Shown here: one piece after another, positions 31,492-64,000 of the stretch | Layout of the letters: each line of letters begins with the position of its first letter | Position numbering within the stretch: position 1 is the first letter of the stretch | Assembly: GCA_904063045.1 (NCBI GenBank) | Contig: CAJFCJ010000019.1 | Span: forward strand, 3,664,684-3,728,683 | DNA: 64,000 nucleotides | Direction: 5' to 3' | Source: Dimorphilus gyrociliatus | Taxonomy: Eukaryota; Animalia; Annelida | Made by a program: the position numbers and the translations under genes | Notes under the pieces: model-generated | The model's database searches: none | What the model was told of the DNA's origin: nothing | The model's input: only the letters and a program-made list of their open reading frames with translations

Positions 31492-31669
31492 GGAGCGGTT
31501 TTTACTTGAGTTCTTTTACATAAAACGCAGTAGACGGCTTTTAGTCGGATTTGCTCAATGTACTTTTAATGTATGAGCTTGTTTTTCTTATGTATATATG
31601 TAGCACATGTATATTTTGTAATAAAGCGAACCGTTGAAATATAATTCTTTCCCGCGCATTTCATTAAAC

Positions 31670-32282
31670 ATGGACGATTGCTGGAGCGAATTTAAAGCCA
31701 GCCCGATGAATATGACAGACCCATGGGCATCACAATCGGAGAAAAACGCTCCAAAAGCATTCATTATGCCTAACTTTCGAAAGGATCTCACTTCAGAGGA
31801 ATACATAGCTTCGTTAGGTAAAGAAGGTATTCAATATGAGCGATAATACAGCTATTTTTATTGTAGAGCACAAACTTAAGAAATTACAAGATAAAAGAAA
31901 AAAGCCCTCCGCCAAAGATATGATTGAAAGTTTGGCTGGTAAGAAGGAAATGTGTATGAAGGAGACTATTGAATCAAATAATTATGACGAAGAGCAGGAA
32001 GAGTCATTTTCTGACAATTTCGGCGATGGTAAAATCGCCTCTTTGCAGCGCAGAATTAACCCGCAAAGGCCAGTAAGTGGCGAAGAAGTAAAAAGCTTAG
32101 TACACCATGACATTTTGGATATTCAAAAAGCAAAATTAGAAGAAGAAGAATCAAATTCTCTTAACATGTTTACTGAAGCATTATCATCTCTTGCCTCAAA
32201 ACAAGAATTAAATATACCTAAAGAGTCTAAAGAAAATACTGAGTCTCCAGTAACACCATTAGAATGTACAGAGCCTCAGTAA
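31670..32282 (+). CDS. CCDC32: CCDC32-like protein, 2 exons (49-nt intron 31818-31866)
   Basis: SEEYIASL|EHKLKKLQ...SAKDMIESLAGKKE and RRINPQRPVSGEEV parallel CCDC32 SEVYLASLEKKL...SKDMLRTL and WLQPDKVAVSTEEV (from memory). Confidence 0.7.
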
Positions 32283-32553
32283 ATTTAGCAATAAAGATTA
32301 CACTTATAAAGAATTGTAAATAACCCGATGAATATGACATATGGTTACCTATTATGTATTTATATATTACCCAGAAATATTTTAATGAATGCAATTTAAA
32401 CATTTTACCTTCTCCTATTTTTTTGTTGTGATATATATTGCTAAAAAGAAATGACAGTGATAAGCACGTGACTATAATGCTAGCCAACCAGGAAAAAGGT
32501 GGAAAGTGGCGCTGGCAAGTTACCTGAGACGTAAAACAAGCGACGACGTCGGG

Positions 32554-35500
32554 ATGGAAATATTGCAGATATTATTACTTACTGTAGCAGGTAATAAAAT
32601 CAAAAACTTGTTCAAATTGCATAATATAGTCTTTGTACGTCTGCTAAATTGTTTATTTCATAAAATATGAAATTTAATTAAGAAATAAGATGTTTTTTAA
32701 ATTAGTTGTGTTGTTTTTTTTTCTTTTGCTTATAAAATTTCCATTTTTTATAAAATATGATGCGAGATTAAAAGTGAAGTAGAAATCTAATTATTCTCGA
32801 ATGATCTACTATAATATGACAAGATTATACTATATAGTTCAATTTTTTGAATAGTTTACTTTCGTATTTTTCTTTATAAAGAAAAAAATAGAACAAAAAC
32901 AATAATCCTCTATTATTCTTCGTGCTAAAAGTAAAATTTGTTATGAAAAATGAATGTATATTTTGTAATTTAAGGCTCTTGTAACGTTATCGGTTTAATT
33001 AATTCTAATCGTTGCCTTCCTCTATCAAAAGGTAAACTTTATATTATAAAAGAGATTAATATGTATATCATCTTTTCGCGGGTGAAGTAAAGATGCATTT
33101 ATATTTTCTAGACAACTTTGTCATATTCCTCTTCAAAGTTGTATAGAGTAACAGTTTACACGGTTAGATAATTGAGATCGGTTTTCACAAACAACCCTAG
33201 TAAACCCGCCATAAAAAACAACCTAAAATTATCCATTTTACGGGAGTTTACTACTGTTTTTGATTCTGGACTTTCACATAATTTCTCTTTTATAGATAAT
33301 GTTGCCGTTGCTTTTTTCTTACATTATAGATAAAATAATAATAATATAATTTCTATGATAAATTAAGTTATGCAGAAATGCGGTTACTTTGCTGTATACA
33401 ACACAAAAAATGCGTATTTGTTCCATGGAGAATAATGATGCTCATCTACTACTGGCTAACTATGTTTTGTACTGTTTAATTACGGAGAGAGAGTTGATCA
33501 ATAGCTACATTTATTATATACACCACAATATAATCAAGATTCATTTTATTCCTCGGTTGCTAGCTAAAGGCTCTCTTTTTTCCCTTTAAAATCATTTAAA
33601 TAAATTTCTCTCTAATCATCTTATTTGCCTATATTTCCTTTAGTTTGATTTATATTTTACAAAATTAGGCGCAAAAGGAGATAGGAAGAAAGAATGAAAG
33701 AAACAAGAAAGATAAACAAGAAGAGAGGGGAGAGAATGAATTTAAATGTAGTTTTCTGTAATTTTTTCCGAATAGAACTTAAAATTGTGACGCTCCAGAC
33801 ATGTTGTAACATTAATTTTTACCGCAACAAGCCGTCTAAACTACACGGTTTATATCTATTACAGCTGCAAGCTGCCACACGAAAGTTTATGTATCGGAGA
33901 ATGGCCAAGATAGAGAACCTTGCGGAAGTAAAGAGATTCCTTGTAGAACAATTGATTACACTTTGGACAGTCCTGCTCCTTCTTTATATATTTATTTGGA
34001 TGGCTCTAATTCCGGAGTTTATCAGCATTGTTCAATAGAAGGAGACAAATATCGAACGTTTGGGCGAACAATAACAATCGAAGGCTGGCGAGGTAGGCCC
34101 ACCATAAAATGCCTCTCTGCTTTACCCAAGGCGTTGTTCTACGTGGAAAATAATTCTACTTTTAGATTCCGCAATGTTAGTTTACATGACGGTCATATAT
34201 TCCTAGGAAACGCTAGTTTAGATATGAGGAGTGTCAGATTATATAATACATCGTTGATGTCACAAAATAACACAATGAATCTCTCTCTTACAATGGTAGA
34301 TGTAAGAACGGAGTTACCTTTTCGGAATGAATGTATCAATAATCCTTGTGACAATGTTAACGTGAACGCTTTGGCGGCAAATTTCTCCTATATTTTCATT
34401 GATTCCTCATATTTTTATAACATACGTTTGGAATTCGAGGTGTTTGATCGAGGAAATTTATCAATTACGAATTCTTTATTTACTAAGCGTGAAACTTACG
34501 AGGAGACTAATCTTGGTGGGATAAGTATCAAGACAACAGTTTTTAATACTATAATCAGTATCAAAAACTGTATATTTCGTGATCTAAAACATCGAAATCC
34601 AATTTTAAGCGCCGTTAACGTATATGATGCCTCTTGCGAGTTATACGCGATTCACGGTGTGGAACGGTCAGTGATGGGAAATGCAACTGTTCCAGTGATT
34701 GAAAATTGTACATTTATCAGAAACGAAAGAGCTCTATCTTTGCAATATAATTTTGGATTAGTTATTGTTTCTGATTGCGTCTTCATTTCCAATAAAGTTT
34801 GGCAGGCAGGTGGCGCAATAAGGGTGGCGTTAAACAGCTTACAAAATAGGCTACTTCTAAGAAACTGCATCTTCAAAAATAATAGTGCAGGATTTCATGA
34901 TTTTAGAGAAATGAGAGGACTAGAAGACACAATAAAGGTCGTTAATGATCGAGTTCAACTTAATTCCTCCCAGCATAAAGGATCTTTAATTTTAGCAGGA
35001 AAGGGAGGGGCTCTTAGAATACATAAAGGTACAATTAAACTGGAAAATTGTTCATTTTTCAATAATACATCGACAAGATTAGGAGGGACGATATATTTAG
35101 ATCGAAGAGGCAAAATAATAATAAGTTTCTGTCAATTCCGCAATTCTCCAGTAGATCTTCATCCAACGCAAGGTGACTTAATCTATTCCAACGGCAGAGT
35201 TTTCATATCGGACACAAAATTTCTGGTGCTGACTGCGCAACAGCATATTGATATTCTTCATTTGACAGGCGAATATTGGTCCATTGATGTGAGAAGTCTA
35301 AATTTCACTTGTCCCATAGGACATAAATTATTAATTGTCAACGCAACATCAAGTAAAATTAAGCAGGAAGGCTTAATGACATCTCATAAACTGGATCAAC
35401 TTATTTATACTTGTAAGATATGCGGTGATAATAGATACAGTATGTCAAGAGGAGCACTTATTTATAATGCATCTAAAAATGGGACAGATGACATTGCGCC

Positions 35501-37379
35501 TTACTATAATTTGCGAGTTGATTCAGAATATCCAAATGGAACTGGACTTACTTTATTTAATCTAACAGACATTGAACCATGCTATTCTTGTCCTTACGGA
35601 GGTGACTGTGCTTCCGAAATAAGAGCAATACCGAATTATTGGGGTTATTACTATGGGAATAGGATTGCCTTCTTGCCTTGCCCCCCTAACTATTGTTGCT
35701 CTATACCACCATGCCAAGGTATACAGCCTTGCAGCAAAAATCGTCAAGGCAGACTATGTGGACAATGTGCTCCAGGTTATTCTGAAGCTTTCTTCTCAAC
35801 GACTTGCGTTAAGAACGAAAACTGCTCTAAATGGTGGCCATGGATCCTAACAGCAGTTATCAAGATTGTTTACATCTTTATTTTTTCCGTCTTCCTTATC
35901 TACCAGGGTGACTTAAGGCAGTTCCTATTCAAAACGCCGGCTTTCCCTTCGAGACACACCTGCTGTACGGAAATGATAAGATCACGTTCTCGCAATAATT
36001 TGGTTACAAGTAACACGCAGTATAAATATGACGAGAGCAGTCGTGTCGAAGATTGTCAATTAGAGTCCTTAAATCGATTGGATTCCTCCTCCATTAAAGA
36101 TTCGAGAGAAAGAATGGATAGCGATAACGGGAATGAGCTTGAATATGATTCGTCAGACCAAGGGAGAGGTTTTTTAGTTATATTATTTTATTATTTCCAA
36201 GATGCTTGGCTTCTTCATATACATACAGCTTACACTAAAACCGACACGGCCTTAGAGAAGCAATTAAAAAGCCTCTTGCAAGGAATCTTCCGCTTTCGAC
36301 TAGACAATCTATTTCATTTTCTCGAGGTTGTATTAGAACACATGTGCCTTATAAAAGACCTAAAACCGGTACAGAAAGCTCTTATCAAAGTGTTCGATGT
36401 ACCTGTCATACTTTTAACTTTTCTAGTCCTCTTTATAATAAATAAAATATGCAGCAGGCAGGTAAAAAAACAGGATTGCTGTCGAAGGGACAAAAGAAGT
36501 GCTTATTTTTCAACACGCTTATCAACAGGATTTATTTTACTCTTGCTTATTACTTATCAGAAACTTGCAACAACTATCTTCTCTCTAGTACATTGTGTGA
36601 AAATAGGAGGTGACAGTGTATTGTTTTTGGACGGTGTACGAGATTGTTATCACCCCTGGCAATACTTTGCTATGCTCTACGCAGCAACATGCTTAGTACC
36701 TTTCAGTCTTGTGCTTATGTTTGGCCCTTCTCTACTAGCTGCTGGAAGTATAAGCTTGACAAATTTCTTTTTTGCCTCCTTATTACCTGGACCTTTCTTA
36801 CTATATTGGATTTATGTAAAGCTATCAAAAAGACGAATTAAGAAATTAAAGAGGCCCCTTAGTAGGGAAGCCTACGCTGTACTTCACTTCCTTCAGAGGC
36901 CTTTTGTTGAAACTATTGACCAAGTTGCCAAACCGGGAAGAGTTTGTTGGGCTGGGTTACTAACAGGAAGGCGTTTACTGCTCATCATCTCTTACACATT
37001 TATTACAAACGTATTGTACAGAATATTAATTATGTTAGCAGTTTGCTTTGCAATTCTGATGCATCATGTCCACTGGCAACCCTATGGGTCAAGTCAGGGT
37101 AATGCTGCCGGAACACTATCAGCTGCAACTTTGATTATAGTTGCTGGCATTAATTTGGTAAGGGCTGGCTTCGAAAGTGCTGAATACAAGCCTCAGGGAC
37201 CTAACTACTCTCTCATGAAAGTTTTTGATGTCGTCGAAAATATGTTAGTATTGTGGCTTCCTCTTATCGGAGTTTGTTTCACCTTAGCACTAATTGTGTT
37301 AAGATTTTTCTGCTTCCTAATATCTAGATCCATAACGAAACGTTCCACGGCGACAAAAACCCAAACGCAACTCAGCTGA
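32554..37379 (+). CDS. Orphan ~1183-aa membrane protein: signal peptide, right-handed beta-helix (Pmp GGA(I/L)/FxxN repeats), Cys-rich linker, ~9-10 TM segments
   Basis: Exon 1 32554-32590 (gggATGg; MEILQILLLTVA; CAG|GTAATA, phase 1) joins exon 2 33865-37379 (YVSENGQDREPCGSKEIPCRTI). Repeats FISNKVWQAGGAI, AGKGGAL, FFNNTSTRLGGTI; Cys-rich CPYGGDC, CPPNYCC, GRLCGQCAPGY. Confidence 0.8.
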
Positions 37380-37533
37380 TCAAAAACTAATAGTAAATAG
37401 ATTATTCACATGCTCTTTTCGCTCCATCACAGATGCTTAATTCTTTTATTTTTACATTTGCAAACATTCAATTAAAATCTTTAGAAAAAAACAGTGGGAC
37501 GATGTCTTTTGTAGATGTCAACGTTTATCATTC

Positions 37534-37616
37534 AGTTGTTCCGCACTTTCGCGTTCGATTGTCTCTTTATACTTGAGATAGTCGCGGCGTCGATCGAAAT
37601 ATTTCACCTGCCAAAG
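37534..37616 (+). promoter_or_regulatory. Possible non-coding first exon of RyR
   Basis: Initiator-like TCAGTT at 37532, a GC-richer stretch, and a strong donor AAG|GTAAAT at 37617. A pyrimidine-tract acceptor lies near 38656. Confidence 0.33.
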
Positions 37617-38551
37617 GTAAATAAAATGCAGTGTTTCACAATTGATTAATCAATATTAACATACAATAAATGGATATAAATAGGCTAACTTCACGTGGAT
37701 ATTTATATGTTGATCATATATTTAGATTTTATGTAGAAATTATAAGACAGTATATTGATACCTGTCTCAATTATACCAAAAAATGTAAATAGAGTTTGTA
37801 TGTTTAACGTATCATAAATAATATTGATATATATTAAAGGGGATATAATAGGCAAATGTGTTTTATTCTAGAAATATGCTCTATTTTACTCTGGTTAAAA
37901 AGCTATTATATTGAAATATTTCGATTGCTAACCCATTGTTTCGCGCAGTTATCTTCGAAAATTTTCCGGGGTTGAAGACATTTGTCCTTTTCATTATTAT
38001 TCTCTTCTAGACAATTGTAATACTGATCTCTTGCTGACCAACACTTCTCTCGCTGGGATTTGGATGGTGCCTCAGACATCTATATATAAATAAATATGCA
38101 CTTTTATTGTTTTCATTTGCCGTTGTAATTATTGTTCAGGTTATTCTAAATCGAATATATAAATTGCTCAAATTAATTAATCAATAGAAACAACACTAAC
38201 CGCTATTGTTTATAAGGAGTAAAATTTTGTTTTAATTGGAATCCTTATTTGGAAGTTAGTGATTACAACACGTCTTTAAGCCGTGATATTTATAATAAGT
38301 ACAAGTATGATTAATTTTCTGATCAAATGGTATTTTAGAATTCTTTTCTGTGGAAAAGAATATAAGTCACCCGGAACGGAAGTAGATGTCTGCAACTATC
38401 AAGTTTGTGGCAATGTCAAGCGTGTTAGTTTCGCGTTTAAATAAACTTGAAATTTAACGTATTCACAATGAGATTTCGCTGGATGTTGATACTTTTTACA
38501 AAATATATTTATATTTCTTTAATTTGTTTCAAATAACTTTTATGAAAGAGA

Positions 38552-38562
38552 AGCGCCCCCTA
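38552..38562 (-). promoter_or_regulatory. Strong CTCF-like motif upstream of the RyR ATG
   Basis: Minus strand TAGGGGGCGCT matches the 3' half of the CTCF consensus CCACYAGGGGGCGCT. Confidence 0.45.
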
Positions 38563-38701
38563 CCACTCTATTTTTAACCACAATCTGTGGATGCGCGGGT
38601 AGCTGAGTACAATTCTCCCTGTTTTCTTTTTTCTTTTTTTCTTTAATATCGGATAGAACAGTTAAGTTTTGACACTCATGATATAAACGGAAGTCTTTAC
38701 A

Positions 38702-64000
<25,299 letters not shown>

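Noticed and set aside
33694-34038. 114-aa ORF overlapping the start of the beta-helix gene
   Set aside because: It is out of frame with the conserved YVS..G.D..CG motif. The real frame is entered by splicing at 33865.
33963-35200. Horizontal transfer from Chlamydia suggested by the Pmp-like repeats
   Set aside because: GGA(I/L)/FxxN beta-helices occur widely in eukaryotes. The gene has a spliceosomal intron, a eukaryotic signal exon and host-like composition.

Overview
Eukaryotic (metazoan, probably spiralian/annelid-like) genomic DNA. It is AT-rich and very compact, with most introns about 50-100 nt and intergenic gaps often under 500 bp; this resembles miniaturised genomes such as Dimorphilus, but the species call is inference only. 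Gene order: MAP2K7 (+, 5'-truncated), SLC6 transporter (+), MED31 (+), GLRX5 (+), WDR53-like (-), EIF5 (-), MAD1 (-), TAT (-), SMC3 (+), GORASP (-), THUMPD2-like (+), HP1/CBX (+), CCDC32-like (+), a beta-helix/Cys-rich/multi-TM membrane protein (+), and a ryanodine receptor (+, 38702 to beyond the window end). The RyR carries two antisense nested genes in its introns: a BTB-BACK gene and a DEG/ENaC channel. Main highlights: (1) a tandemly duplicated, old and conserved 99-nt RyR exon pair encoding the ATP/caffeine-site region, likely mutually exclusive; (2) a DEG/ENaC with a ~480-aa helical insertion at the knuckle; (3) a poor-context overlapping uORF on eIF5 matching the known autoregulatory circuit; (4) an SLC6 with its substrate pocket remodelled; (5) an orphan Pmp-repeat multi-pass protein; (6) recurrent CTCF-like motifs at promoters. 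I recognised no tRNA, rRNA, CRISPR array or transposon. Exon boundaries were read by eye and no database searches were run.
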